A stretch of DNA of 64,000 bases from an uncultured Planctomycetota bacterium. Its GTDB lineage: Bacteria > Planctomycetota > Planctomycetia > Isosphaerales > Isosphaeraceae. Where the stretch lies: NCBI GenBank assembly GCA_963823665.1, contig CAWGMQ010000005.1, positions 1,472,001 to 1,536,000 on the forward strand, read 5' to 3'. The position numbers and the translations under genes were made by a program. The notes beneath the pieces are model-generated. The model made no database searches and was not told where the DNA came from. It worked only from the letters and a program-made list of their open reading frames with translations. Positions 10,169-20,626 of this stretch are shown one piece after another (positions within the stretch are counted from its first letter, which is position 1; every line of letters begins with the position of its first letter).

Positions 10169-11275
10169 ATGAGTGAAGTATCGGCTTCCGGCGGCAACCG
10201 CCCGAATGAACCCTGGGTGGAAGTGACCGGCTCGGCGCGGCTGGCGTCCTGGCTGGCGGAAGAGAAGGTCAGTCTGGCGTTCACGACGTACGAATCGGGC
10301 AAGCTCTTCCTCCTTGGGCACAAGCCCGAGGGTACGCTCGGGGTCGTCGAGCGAACGTTCAATCGCGCGATGGGCCTCTGGGCCGACGGCCAGACCCTGT
10401 GGCTGAGCACGCGCTATCAGCTCTGGCGTTTCGAGAACCTGCTCCGGCCCGGGGAAAGCTATCAGGGGCACGACCGGCTCTATGTACCCAAAGTCGCAAA
10501 CACGACCGGCGACCTGGACATCCACGACATCGCCGTTGGCCACGACGGCCGCCCGGTGTTCGTTGCCACCAAGTTCGGCTGCCTTGCAACGGTGGCAGAG
10601 CGATCGAGCTTCACACCGCTCTGGCGGCCGGCGTTCGTGAGCAAGCTTGCCGCGGAGGATCGCTGCCACCTTAACGGTTTGGCTCTGGAGGAGGGCCGCC
10701 CGCGTTATGTCACGGCGGTCAGTCAGAGCGACGTGGTCGACGGCTGGCGCGACCGTCGCCAGAACGGCGGGGTCGTGCTGGACGTACCGGAAAGCCGTGT
10801 GCTCGCGTCGGGGTTGTCGATGCCGCATTCACCCCGGCTCTACCGGGGCCGGCTCTGGCTGCACAATTCCGGCCAGGGTTACTTCGGTAGTATCGATCCC
10901 GGCGGCGGTCCTTTCGAACCGCTGGCTTTCTGCCCCGGCTACTTGCGTGGTCTCGCGTTTGCCGGCGATTACGCCGTGGTCGGTCTGTCGCATCCACGCC
11001 ATGAGAAGACGTTCAGCGGCCTGGCGCTGGAAATCGAGTTAGCCAAACGCGACGCGGAGCCTCGTTGCGGGCTGCTGATCATCGACTTGCGCAGCGGAGA
11101 CGTCGCGCACTGGATCCGCGTGGAAGGAATGGTCCGCGAACTTTACGACGTCGCGGTTCTTCCGGGGGTTTCCCGGCCGATGGCACTGGGTCTCAAGTCG
11201 GACGAGATCGAGCGGATCATCGCCATCGGCGAGGATGAGGATGACGAAAGCGAACGCAAGTTGCGGGTAAATTGA
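10169..11275 (+). CDS. TIGR03032 (DUF4915) family beta-propeller protein
   Basis: SLAFTTY..ERTFNRAMGL..TGDLDIHD..EDRCHLNGLA..GLSMPHSPR..FCPGYLRGL. Confidence 0.88.
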   Translation: MSEVSASGGNRPNEPWVEVTGSARLASWLAEEKVSLAFTTYESGKLFLLGHKPEGTLGVVERTFNRAMGLWADGQTLWLSTRYQLWRFENLLRPGESYQGHDRLYVPKVANTTGDLDIHDIAVGHDGRPVFVATKFGCLATVAERSSFTPLWRPAFVSKLAAEDRCHLNGLALEEGRPRYVTAVSQSDVVDGWRDRRQNGGVVLDVPESRVLASGLSMPHSPRLYRGRLWLHNSGQGYFGSIDPGGGPFEPLAFCPGYLRGLAFAGDYAVVGLSHPRHEKTFSGLALEIELAKRDAEPRCGLLIIDLRSGDVAHWIRVEGMVRELYDVAVLPGVSRPMALGLKSDEIERIIAIGEDEDDESERKLRVN

Positions 11276-11495
11276 GGGTGCTCAAGCCGATTCGGTGAAC
11301 ATCGGCCGGGGCTGATTCGGGGCGCTGCACGGTCCCACCTGCACCTCCGAAGCGACGCCCGCCAGGGCGCGGCCTTCGAATTGACAGACGATCTGTGGAC
11401 GAGAGTCGAACGCGCGCCGGCGTTCGGCACGTTCACAATGATTTACCGGATAACGCGCTGGCCACGATCGATCTGGCCTAGCCCAACGAGCGATT

Positions 11496-11975
11496 GTGGA
11501 GATAATAACGCCGGTCCCGGATGGAACCGGGATGCCTTTTCGTCGCGAGGGCCGTACTGTGATGGCGGGCGTGGTCAGACGATCGATGTGGGCCGTATAT
11601 CGGATCGTCCTGCTCGCCATGGCGATCCAGGGCCTCACCCCCGACTCCGCCAGCCTCGCCTTTCCGTGGCTCTTGCGGCTTATCACCCCGGCGTCGATTG
11701 ACGGCTTGGCCGCGGGCGATGGCTCGTCTTCGATGCCGAAGCCACTGCACGGCAGCGAGGAAGGCGGCGTGGCGGGGGTGATCTGCGAGCCCGTAGCGGC
11801 GGTATCCGCGCCGTGTGTCCGCCGCGACGACGATCGCGGGCTCTCCATTCCATTTCTCGCCGCCAGCCTGCGCGATCGGCCGATCCGCTCGGCTCCTCGC
11901 TTGGTCCGTTCCCGAGGATTGGTCCAGCGATGGCCCGACGGCCTGATCCCATCTCTTTGCCGCTTCCTCTGCTGA
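11496..11975 (+). CDS. Hypothetical membrane/secreted protein
   Basis: ORF with a hydrophobic segment (IVLLAMAIQGLTPD) ending LCRFLC, upstream of the MBOAT gene; start uncertain. Confidence 0.4.
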   Translation: MEIITPVPDGTGMPFRREGRTVMAGVVRRSMWAVYRIVLLAMAIQGLTPDSASLAFPWLLRLITPASIDGLAAGDGSSSMPKPLHGSEEGGVAGVICEPVAAVSAPCVRRDDDRGLSIPFLAASLRDRPIRSAPRLVRSRGLVQRWPDGLIPSLCRFLC

Positions 11976-12199
11976 GAGATCCCTTCCGCCCGTCATGACT
12001 TGCATCGTCGACCGTTCGGCCGGTGCGCTCCATGCGCCGTCAGCCTGCGCCGGGCAATCCGCCTCGAATCCGGACGATCACGCGGCGAAACGCCGCGTCG
12101 ACCGGACGCGATCGGCTGGCCCGGCGCCGGTGGCCCGCGCATGGTTGGTTGGCACCGACGATTGGCCGGTAACCGGCTTGTCAAGGGACCGGATCGTTC

Positions 12200-13591
12200 G
12201 TGGGGGGGACCATGTCTGTCGCATCGAACGGAGCGACCGTCCGGCGATTCATTCCTCATCGCCGGTTGCGCCCGATCTCCGCATCCCTGCCCATCCGACG
12301 CCCTGGGTTGTACGCCGGGGAGCCCGAGAACTGCCGGCGTCGAACGCGCGAGTTCGTGGGGATCATGGCGCAACTGGGGCTCTTGCTCGCTTTCTTCGAC
12401 GCCTACCGAATCGAGACGCGATCATTTCGGATCCTCGTCCTTCTGGCGGCGGCGGCGCTGCCGGCCCACTACCTGGCGCCCTATCGCCTGAAGAAACCGC
12501 TCTTCGTGGCGGTCTCGATCCTGGGGATGGTCCTCGTCAACGGCCTGTTCACCTCCGGCGGCGTACTTGCCGTCTCAGCGGTGCTCCTGATCCTTGCCGC
12601 GGCGCCGCTCCCCTGGTTGATCCGCGTTGGACTGATCGCCGTGCTGGCGCTGTGCCTGGCCGTGCTCCGGTCGCGGGCCGACGCCGGTGCCGAGGCGATT
12701 TCGAGCGGGGTCATCCCCATCGTCGCCACGATGTTCATGTTCCGGATGATCCTTTATCTCTACGAACGGAAGCACGCCCAGGTCCGCGAGCCGCTCGTCG
12801 ATACACTCAGCTACTTTTTCATCCTGCCCAATTATGTCTTCCCGCATTTTCCGGTGGTTGACTATCGAGCGTTCCAGCGCGGCTACTTCGCGCGAGGCAT
12901 CCACGAGATCCAGCAGGCGGGCCTGAAGATGATCTCGCGTGGGACTTTTCATTTGCTGCTCTATCGCGTGATCGACCGCTTGCTGCTGATCTCACCCGAG
13001 GCAGTGCACGACCCGCTCAGCCTGGCGGGCTATCTGGTTTGCAATTACTTGCTGTATCTGCGGGTATCGGGCCAATTCCACATGGCTTGCGGCCTGCTCC
13101 ACCTGTTCGGCTTCCAGCTCCCCGAGACTCATCGCCAGTACCTGCTGGCGAGCGGGTTCACCGACTACTGGCGCCGGATCAACATCTACTGGAAGGATTT
13201 CATGGTGCGGATCGTATTCAACCCGGTGGTCTTCCGCCTGAAGCGCTGGCCCCAACCCGTCGCTCTGGCGGCGGCGACCTTGGTGGTGTTCGTGGTCACC
13301 TGGCTGTTGCACGCGTACCAGACGTACTGGCTGCGGGGCGTCTGGGGCTTCAGCGCGCCCGACGGCCTCTTCTGGGGCATCCTGGGCTTCCTGGTGCTCT
13401 TCAACGTGCAGCTCGACGCGCGGCGGGGCCGGAGAAAACCCGAGGGCCCGTCCCGGTCACCTTTGGCGCTGGCCATTCGCGCGGCCCGGATCGCCGGCAC
13501 ATTTATCACCATCGCCCTGCTCTGGTCGCTCTGGAACAGTCCGAACGTCGGTGCCTGGATGGCGCTGATGCGCCGGGGCGTGGGGTTCTGA
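12200..13591 (+). CDS. MBOAT family membrane-bound O-acyltransferase (AlgI/DltB-like)
   Basis: Many TM helices; FTDYWRRINIYWKDFM (variant of FWRRWHxSL) and catalytic-His segment TWLLHAYQ; start uncertain. Confidence 0.8.
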   Translation: MGGTMSVASNGATVRRFIPHRRLRPISASLPIRRPGLYAGEPENCRRRTREFVGIMAQLGLLLAFFDAYRIETRSFRILVLLAAAALPAHYLAPYRLKKPLFVAVSILGMVLVNGLFTSGGVLAVSAVLLILAAAPLPWLIRVGLIAVLALCLAVLRSRADAGAEAISSGVIPIVATMFMFRMILYLYERKHAQVREPLVDTLSYFFILPNYVFPHFPVVDYRAFQRGYFARGIHEIQQAGLKMISRGTFHLLLYRVIDRLLLISPEAVHDPLSLAGYLVCNYLLYLRVSGQFHMACGLLHLFGFQLPETHRQYLLASGFTDYWRRINIYWKDFMVRIVFNPVVFRLKRWPQPVALAAATLVVFVVTWLLHAYQTYWLRGVWGFSAPDGLFWGILGFLVLFNVQLDARRGRRKPEGPSRSPLALAIRAARIAGTFITIALLWSLWNSPNVGAWMALMRRGVGF

Positions 13592-13605
13592 ATGGAGCAC
13601 AGACC

Positions 13606-14745
13606 ATGTCTCGTTCCTCAGGGATGGCGTTGCGAATGCTCGCGGTCGCGGCGATGCTGGGCTGGCGCTGGGTGCCGCGTGAATGGGCACCGCGCGAGGT
13701 GGATCGGGTGCGTTGGGCGCTCGGCTGCGACGAGATCGAGAACCTCGAGCGCTTGCTAAGCCATGTCGAGCTCGAGCGGATGGATCAGGGCTATTACAAC
13801 CAGCTCCTCGACACCGGCCTCGAGCCCGGGTTGTCGCCTCCGATCTGCGGGCGGGTCGACGAGCTGCGTGATGTCGTGCTGAGGCCAAACCTGTCAATCG
13901 TGCGGGCCGACGGAACGACCTGGACCACCAATGAGTGGGGGATGCGCGACCGGGCTTATGCGATGTCCAAACCGGCGGGGACGCTGCGGATGGCGATGAC
14001 CGGCGACTCGATCGGCGTCGGCCTGGGGGTCAGCGACGGCCGGGGCTTCGAGCCGGCGCTCGAGCAGTGGTTTGACGAGCAGTCGCGGCGGCACGGCGGG
14101 CCCGCGGTCGAGATTCTCAACTGCTCGCTGCCCGGCCGCAGCCCCGGCCAGCGCTGGGACCACTTCCAGAAGGTCGCATGGGCGATGGAGCCCGACCTCG
14201 TCCTGTTCGAGGCGACCGCGGCCGACGTAGGCTGGGACCAGCGGCGGCTCGCCGAGTTGCTGGCACGGGGAATCGGTTGGGACTCTCCGCTCTACGGCGA
14301 CGTATTGAGGCGCGCGGCGGTCCGGCCGGGCGCGACGAGCGAAGAGTACGCGCGGGCGCTGCACCCGTATCGCTGGGACCTGCTCGCGGCGGCCTATCGG
14401 GCAGTCGCCGCCGACTGCCGGGCCCAGGGTGTGCCATGCCTTTGGGTGCTGATTCCCCGGGTCGGCCGAGTTGTGGATCCAGCCCAACACCGGCGGCTCC
14501 TCGACCTGGCTAAAGCCGCGGGGTTCACGGCGGTCGTCGATGTTTCCGATGCCTTCGACCGCTCTGATCCGGCCACCTTGGCAATTCACCCCAGCGACTT
14601 CCATCCCAACGCCCTTGGTCACGCCCTGCTGGCACGCCGGCTGGCAGAGGCGCTGTCGCCGCTGCCGGCGCTTCGAGCGGTCCTGGAGCCGCGGACTGAT
14701 GACACACAGCGCAAGTCGCAGCCGATTGAGCATCAGCGCCACTGA
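13606..14745 (+). CDS. SGNH/GDSL hydrolase family protein (AlgJ/AlgX-like partner of the MBOAT)
   Basis: TTNEWGMRD, MTGDSIGVG (block I) and DFHPNALGH (block V); start MSRSSGMAL at 13606. Confidence 0.8.
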   Translation: MSRSSGMALRMLAVAAMLGWRWVPREWAPREVDRVRWALGCDEIENLERLLSHVELERMDQGYYNQLLDTGLEPGLSPPICGRVDELRDVVLRPNLSIVRADGTTWTTNEWGMRDRAYAMSKPAGTLRMAMTGDSIGVGLGVSDGRGFEPALEQWFDEQSRRHGGPAVEILNCSLPGRSPGQRWDHFQKVAWAMEPDLVLFEATAADVGWDQRRLAELLARGIGWDSPLYGDVLRRAAVRPGATSEEYARALHPYRWDLLAAAYRAVAADCRAQGVPCLWVLIPRVGRVVDPAQHRRLLDLAKAAGFTAVVDVSDAFDRSDPATLAIHPSDFHPNALGHALLARRLAEALSPLPALRAVLEPRTDDTQRKSQPIEHQRH

Positions 14746-14770
14746 CGGCGATCGGGAGCGATCAATCAGT

Positions 14771-15130
14771 TTAACCCGCAGCTTTCAAGGTTTCGTCTCG
14801 GCTGGTAGCACGGCCTTGCCCGCGGCAGAACTCGAGCGCCTCGCGCAAGCCTGGCTCCGCGACGACCGATACCAGGCTACGGTGCGCATCGCCGCCGTGG
14901 CGTGCGAGATGCCTCTCGACCAACGGCTCCAGCAGGCGTCGTTCCTCTTCCGCCAGCGCTGCCTGCTGGACCAGAATCGCTCCCAGCGGCTGGTCCTTGT
15001 GCAGCACCCAGGCGTTCACCCCTGCGATCAGCGCGTCGCACTGAACGAAGTCCATCTGAAGTGCCAGGATTCCAAACAGGAGGTTACGGTCCGCATTGGC
15101 GACGAGCCATGGGGCGGGTCTCACGGACAC
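14771..15130 (-). pseudogene. Remnant N-terminus of a planctomycete Ser/Thr kinase
   Basis: ADRNLLFGILALQMDFV...LGAILVQQ..LLEPLVERHLARHGGD..SL is the typical pre-kinase leader; no kinase domain follows. Confidence 0.7.
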
Positions 15131-15364
15131 CTGGTGACGTCGGCGGGCACCTGGTGTCCGACGACGATGTACTTTCCTCCGGCCACATGAGCCGGCTCGA
15201 TCGGATTATCGCAAAGCGGCTTGTCCTGTACAGCCGCGCCCCACCGATCGAGCCTCCGGACCTGGCGCACGCCCGTCCGGCCCCCGTAGCGAGTCGTGGG
15301 CCTCCACCTCTTCGGCGGGCTCTCGGTCGAGAAAGCGGGCGATCACCGCGACCTGGAGCGTGCC

Positions 15365-15707
15365 TCAGATCCCCAGCAGGGGCTTGAGCTTGGCGCGCAC
15401 TTCGTCGAGTACCTCGGCCGGAACGGTTGCGATGTGCTCGCTCTTCCTTTCTTGCCAATCGGCACTCTTGACGTGATCAGCCAGGACCACGCCGTGCACA
15501 GGCAAGCCGCCCGGGAGAGGCACCTCGAAGACGTATCCCTTGGCGTGTTGCGTCACAGGGCAGACCAGGCAGAGCCCGACCTTCGCGTTGTAGGAGCGAG
15601 GTGACAGCACCAGACCGGGGCGCCGACCCGCCTGTTCGCGACCGGCCTGAGGCGTGAAGGAGAGCCAGATCAACTCGCCCTGTTCTGGAATATGCCTGGC
15701 GTCACCA
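15365..15707 (-). CDS. mazF: MazF/PemK family mRNA interferase toxin; start region probably carries a 1-nt frameshift
   Basis: IPEQGELIWLSFTPQAGREQAGRRPGLVLSP..YN..LVCPVT..DHVKSADWQER; the GTG overlapping the mazE stop is out of frame; alternative in-frame ATG at 15748. Confidence 0.88.
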
Positions 15708-15941
15708 CGCCTCGCGACCGAGGGCCGAACCCCAATCCGTTTCGCCATGGATGCTCTCCGGCGTAATCTGCTCGAGCAACTCTTCGAGTTGATATTCGCG
15801 CTTCCGGGGGCGCAGCAATAGCCCGCCGTTCACGCGCGTCAGCTCCAATTCGGCACCCTCGGCGAGTCCGAGCTCCCGGGCGTAGGTTCCGGGAATGCGA
15901 ACCGCCAGGCTGTTACCCCATTTACCAACTTGTGCGTTCAT
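15702..15941 (-). CDS. mazE: AbrB/MazE family antitoxin
   Basis: MNAQVGKWGNSLAVRIP...YQLEELLEQITPESIHGETDWG..GREAW; GAGGAG RBS. Confidence 0.92.
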   Translation of the reverse strand: MNAQVGKWGNSLAVRIPGTYARELGLAEGAELELTRVNGGLLLRPRKREYQLEELLEQITPESIHGETDWGSALGREAW

Positions 15942-15954
15942 GACGACTCCTCGT

Positions 15955-15972
15955 GTTTCTACTAAGTATATC
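15955..15972 (-). promoter_or_regulatory. Probable mazEF operator (imperfect palindrome GATATACTTAGTAGAAAC)
   Basis: AT-rich imperfect palindrome just upstream of the mazE RBS, resembling GTATA-type mazEF operators. Confidence 0.45.
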
Positions 15973-16466
15973 AACACGGCGGGCCCGCACAATGGGCGAG
16001 CGAGGTCAAGGCCGAGCCCGACAGGCAATGGCCAAGACGTGGACGGACGTCCACATTTGCTACCGCATCGTCGCCAGCGTCGGGACCAACTTGATGCTGG
16101 CGCTGACCGCGGGCAACTGGCGGATTGGCTCGATAAATTTTTCAGCCGGTGAGAAAAACCGAAGCGATTTGTCGCACGCAGATAGTGAGGCGATGTGCTG
16201 GTCGTCGGGCCGGTAGGCGGGGTTTCCTGCGACAGCATACCGGATTCTCACGGGGACTAGGTTCACGACCGACCGAATTGACCCGGTCGTCCGGGCTCGC
16301 TTCGTCCTGATTCCGCGTTGGCTCGTTGGCATGGTGAGGCCGGGGACAAGCGGGAGACCGGTCTTCCTCCGGAGCCCGGCCTGCTTCCCGTACGCTCGCG
16401 TTTTCGTCCGCAAATTCCGAAATCCCAGACTCTCGAGTTGAGATCAGCCCAAAAGGGAGCTTCGCC

Positions 16467-19400
16467 ATGAGAAGGTCGATTTCTGCACTCAAGTCACGGC
16501 GTCGGCAGCGATTGTGCGTCGATGTCCTGGAGGATCGCCAGCTCTTATCGACGATCACGGTGAACACGACCGCGGACGAGACGGCGGCGGATCCAACAAT
16601 GTCGCTCCGCGAAGCGATCGAGGTCTCCAACGGCACCCTGCCGGTCTCGTCGCTGAGTACGCAAGCGCAAGCTCAGGTCAGCGGTGCCGTCGGGGGTACG
16701 AACACGATCGACTTCAATATCCCCACGACGGATCCCGGCTATGACGCGACGACCGGTGTCTGGACGATCGCGCTGGGCACGGCGCTGCCGGCGATCAGCA
16801 CCAACGCGGCGATCATCGACGGCTATAGCCAGCCCGGGGCGGCCGTGAACACGCTGGCACAGGGCGACAACGCCAAGCTCACGATCGCGATCAGCGGGAC
16901 AGGTGGCGGCACCATTGTCGGGCTGACGATCGCCCAGTCCGGTTCAGAGGTGCGCGGGCTTGACGTCGAGAACTTCGGTTACGCCGGAATCCTCGTCACG
17001 GCCGCGACCAACGCCCAAGTCTCCGGCTGCTTCATCGGCACCGACCCGACCGGGGAGACAGCCGCCCCCAACGCCACGGGATTGATCATCCAGAACTCGT
17101 CGAATCTGATCGGCGGGCCGAATGTCGGCGATCGCAACGTGATCTCCGGCAATGCCGGTTATGGCATCCTCATCCCCGACCAGTCGGGCGACCCGCTCAA
17201 TATCGAGCCGACGGGGAACGTGATTGACAACACGTACATCGGCACCGACGCGACGGGTACCAAGGCGCTCGGCAACGGTTACTCAGGCGTCTACGACTCT
17301 GGGTCGGGCAACACCTACGGCAGCAACCAGCCCAACCTCGGGGATGTCATTTCGGGGAACAAGGAAGGCGGCCTGAAAGCGGGCGGGAGCATCACGATTG
17401 AGGGGAACTACGTCGGCACGGACGCCACCGGCGAGGTCGCCCTTGGCAACCAGGGGGGCTTTCCGGGAATCTACACTTCGCAAGACGTGGGCGGGGCCCC
17501 CGTACTCTCGACGATCATCGAAAACAATGTCGTCGCGGCCAACACTTCGGGCGGGATCGCCGTGGAGGGGAGCTCGCAGGAAAGCCTGGCGACCTGTTCG
17601 ATCACAAATAATCGGATCGGGACCGACTCAAGCGGCACGGTCGCAATCGGCAACGGCCAGGCCGGGCTGCTGCTCGCGTCGGTCGCGAACGCCTCGATCG
17701 TCGGCAACGTGATCTCCGCGAATGCCGTGGGTTTGCAATATTCGGGGTTCAGCACGCTCCCCCAAAACGGCGTGATCGCGGGAAACATGATCGGGACCGA
17801 CGTGACGGGCCAAGTCGCGCTTGGCAACACCGGGCCGGGAATCATCCTCGATGATGCACAGACCAATTTGATCGGGGCCGCAGGATCGGCGGGATCGGCG
17901 AACGTGATCGCCTACAACGGCGGCGACGCGATCGACGTGGTTGGCGGCGGGCAAGACCAGATCTCGCTCAACTCGATCTTCAACAACGGGGGGGCTGCTA
18001 TCAAGCTCACGTCGCAGGCCCACCCCGTGGCCCCGCCGGTCATGACGTTTGCGCCGGGGTCTGGAAACGGCACGCTGTCGGGGACGCTCACCGGGTCGCC
18101 GAATCTGGCCTATACCATCCAGATCTTCTCGAACGCGGTAGCCCCCGCGGTCGGCCACGAACAGGGCCAGACGTTCGTCGGGGCGTTGACGGTCAATACG
18201 GACGGCTCGGGCGAGGGCACGTTCTCCGTGATCAAGCCGAACAGCTTCTACACGGCGACAGCGACTGACCCGTCGGGCAATACCTCGGAGTTTGCAGCCG
18301 CCACCACCGCACAGGCGTTGCCGGCTTCGCAGACGGCGGTCTCGTCGACGGCGAACCCGTCGACCGTCGGTCAGTCGGTGACCTTCACCGCCGTCGTGAC
18401 CGCGCCGTCGTATCAGGGAACTCCGACGGGAACGGTGACCTTTACCATCGACGGCGAGGGACAAACGCCCGTGACCCTCGCACTCGTCGCCGGCAGCGAC
18501 AAGGCCCAGCTCACCACCTCGACGCTCTCGGCCGGATCGCACACAGTCTCGGCGTCTTACAGCGGCGATAAAAACGTGAGCGCCAGCAGCGGATCGCTCC
18601 TCTCTCAAACGGTCAACGCGCCGGCCTTGCAGGCATCGACAACAACGCTGGAATCCTCGCACGATCCATCGACGCTGGGGCAGGCAGTGACGTTCACGGC
18701 CGTCGTGACTGCGGGGTCGTACCAGCGAACTCCAACGGGAACGGTGACCTTTACCATCGACGGGCAGGCGCAGTCGCCCGTGGCCCTCGCACTCACTGGC
18801 GGCAGCGACCAGGCCCAGTTCACGACCTCGACGCTCTCGGAAGGATTGCACACGGTCTCGGCGTCTTACAGCGGCGACAGCGATGTGAGCGCCAGCAGCG
18901 GATCGCTCCCTACTCAGTCGGTCCAGGCGCCGGCTTTGCTGACATCGACCACAACGCTGGAATCCTCACACGATCCATCGACGCTGGGGCAGGCAGTGAC
19001 GTTCACTGCCGTCGTGACTGCGCCGTCATACGAGGGAACACCAACGGGAAAGGTTACCTTTATCATCGACGGCCAGGCACAGACGCCCGTGAACCTCGGA
19101 GTCGTTGGCGACATCGACGAGGCCCGTTTCACCACCTCGACGCTCTCGGTCGGAGCGCACACGGTCTCGGCGTCTTACAGCGGCGATAGCAACGTGAGTG
19201 CCAGCAGCGGATCGCTCCCCACACAAACAGTCAACGCGCCGGTCTTGCAGGCATCGACAACAACGCTGGAATCCTCGCACGATCCATCGACCGTGGGCCA
19301 GGCCGTGACATTCACGGCCGTTGTCTCCCCGAGTGGATCCACGGGAACCCCATCGGGGAGCGTAACCTTCACGATCGACGGCGTCTCCGTGGCGCCTGTG

Positions 19401-20030
19401 CCGCTCCAGTTGTTGAGCGGCAGCGACCAAGCCACGCTTTCGATCGCATCCCTTGCCGCAGGTACGCACACAATCAGTGCGGCGTATACGGGCGACTCGT
19501 CATTCGCGGCGGGCGCCGTCGTAAGCCCGCTGGTCGAGATGGTCACGGCGGTCGCTTCTTCTTCTGTCGACGGGCCGAAGGTCGGATCCGTCAAGAGGTT
19601 TGGCATCCACATGCAGCCGACGGTCCTGGTGGTGAGCTTTAACGAGGCGCTCGACCCGGCCTCCGCCGTGAATCTGAGCAATTACCGGATCACGGGTCCG
19701 GCCGGCCGCTCGGTCCGGATCAGGTCGGCGGTGTTCGGTGCGGCGACCAACACGGTGACGGTCCGGCCGGCAGACCGAATTAACCTTCACCATACGTATC
19801 ATCTCACGTTGGTCGGTATCGGCCCCGACGGAATTCAAAACACGCAGGGCGAACTGCTGGACGGAGCGGATACCGGAAGCCCGGATGGCAATTACACGGG
19901 CACCCTCACCTGGCGAAACGTCGTCTTCACGCCGGCGGAAATCAAGAAATACATTGACCCGATCCTGGCCAAGCCGGCGGGAGCGCTGAATCATCATTTT
20001 CAGGCCTCGAATCACTCGAGGCTTCGTTGA
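16467..20030 (+). CDS. Surface protein: planctomycete leader, CSLREA-like motif, parallel beta-helix repeats, four Ig-like (Big_3-type) repeats
   Basis: RRRQRLCVDVLEDRQLLS leader; MSLREAI; GNxIGTDxTG repeats; STxGQAVTFTAVV...HTVSASYSGD repeats. Confidence 0.88.
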   Translation: MRRSISALKSRRRQRLCVDVLEDRQLLSTITVNTTADETAADPTMSLREAIEVSNGTLPVSSLSTQAQAQVSGAVGGTNTIDFNIPTTDPGYDATTGVWTIALGTALPAISTNAAIIDGYSQPGAAVNTLAQGDNAKLTIAISGTGGGTIVGLTIAQSGSEVRGLDVENFGYAGILVTAATNAQVSGCFIGTDPTGETAAPNATGLIIQNSSNLIGGPNVGDRNVISGNAGYGILIPDQSGDPLNIEPTGNVIDNTYIGTDATGTKALGNGYSGVYDSGSGNTYGSNQPNLGDVISGNKEGGLKAGGSITIEGNYVGTDATGEVALGNQGGFPGIYTSQDVGGAPVLSTIIENNVVAANTSGGIAVEGSSQESLATCSITNNRIGTDSSGTVAIGNGQAGLLLASVANASIVGNVISANAVGLQYSGFSTLPQNGVIAGNMIGTDVTGQVALGNTGPGIILDDAQTNLIGAAGSAGSANVIAYNGGDAIDVVGGGQDQISLNSIFNNGGAAIKLTSQAHPVAPPVMTFAPGSGNGTLSGTLTGSPNLAYTIQIFSNAVAPAVGHEQGQTFVGALTVNTDGSGEGTFSVIKPNSFYTATATDPSGNTSEFAAATTAQALPASQTAVSSTANPSTVGQSVTFTAVVTAPSYQGTPTGTVTFTIDGEGQTPVTLALVAGSDKAQLTTSTLSAGSHTVSASYSGDKNVSASSGSLLSQTVNAPALQASTTTLESSHDPSTLGQAVTFTAVVTAGSYQRTPTGTVTFTIDGQAQSPVALALTGGSDQAQFTTSTLSEGLHTVSASYSGDSDVSASSGSLPTQSVQAPALLTSTTTLESSHDPSTLGQAVTFTAVVTAPSYEGTPTGKVTFIIDGQAQTPVNLGVVGDIDEARFTTSTLSVGAHTVSASYSGDSNVSASSGSLPTQTVNAPVLQASTTTLESSHDPSTVGQAVTFTAVVSPSGSTGTPSGSVTFTIDGVSVAPVPLQLLSGSDQATLSIASLAAGTHTISAAYTGDSSFAAGAVVSPLVEMVTAVASSSVDGPKVGSVKRFGIHMQPTVLVVSFNEALDPASAVNLSNYRITGPAGRSVRIRSAVFGAATNTVTVRPADRINLHHTYHLTLVGIGPDGIQNTQGELLDGADTGSPDGNYTGTLTWRNVVFTPAEIKKYIDPILAKPAGALNHHFQASNHSRLR
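18324..19550 (+). repeat. Four intragenic Ig-domain tandem repeats, period 309 nt
   Basis: RCATCGACMACAACGCTGGAATCCTCRCACGATCCATCGAC recurs at 18633, 18942 and 19251; a more diverged first unit lies upstream. Confidence 0.85.
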
Positions 20031-20037
20031 CGGGGAG

Positions 20038-20626
20038 TTAGCCGTCCGGAGTGTCGAGCAAGGATCGCAACCGCACTGCTAACTCAGCAGGCAGTTTCAG
20101 GGGCCACGACTCATCAACGAGCCCCACGCCGATCAAATCGCGGAGGTGAGTGCGGTCCTTGTCGCGGAACGACGTGAGTTTCATCCGCACGAGCGAGTCG
20201 AGTCGCAACACGCGGAATGCTTCCGCGGGTTCCGACTCGATCACATCCGGAGCCGGCAAGGTATATTCCGGGCGTACTTTTTCACCAGCGAAAATAACGT
20301 GGACCGCATCCCGGGCTTTCGCGTCAGGACCGTCGAGAAACAGATCGACGGCGGCGACGTGGCGATAGATGAAGCCCGCCGTTGCAAGAGCCGCCTTGGT
20401 CGCCTCCAGATCGGAGCGAAGGATCAGCAGATCCACGTCTTGCGTGAAGCGCACGGCCGACTGATCGACCTGCCCGACCCACGCGGCGACGGCATTGCCT
20501 CCGATCACCGCGTAAGGAATTCGCGCATTTTCCAGCGCCGCAGTTGCGCAGCAAACGGTCCTTGACGAGTTCCACGGCTCGGATCGTCCGCTCCCAGGAT
20601 TGCAAACCCAGCGGCACAGTCGCCAT
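20038..20626 (-). CDS. Pol-beta superfamily nucleotidyltransferase-like protein, frameshifted near 20546
   Basis: MATVPLGLQSWERTIRAVELVKDRLLR / ATAALENARIPYAVIGGNAV...FTQDVDLL...MKLTSFRDKD; GG..DxD motif. Confidence 0.75.
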
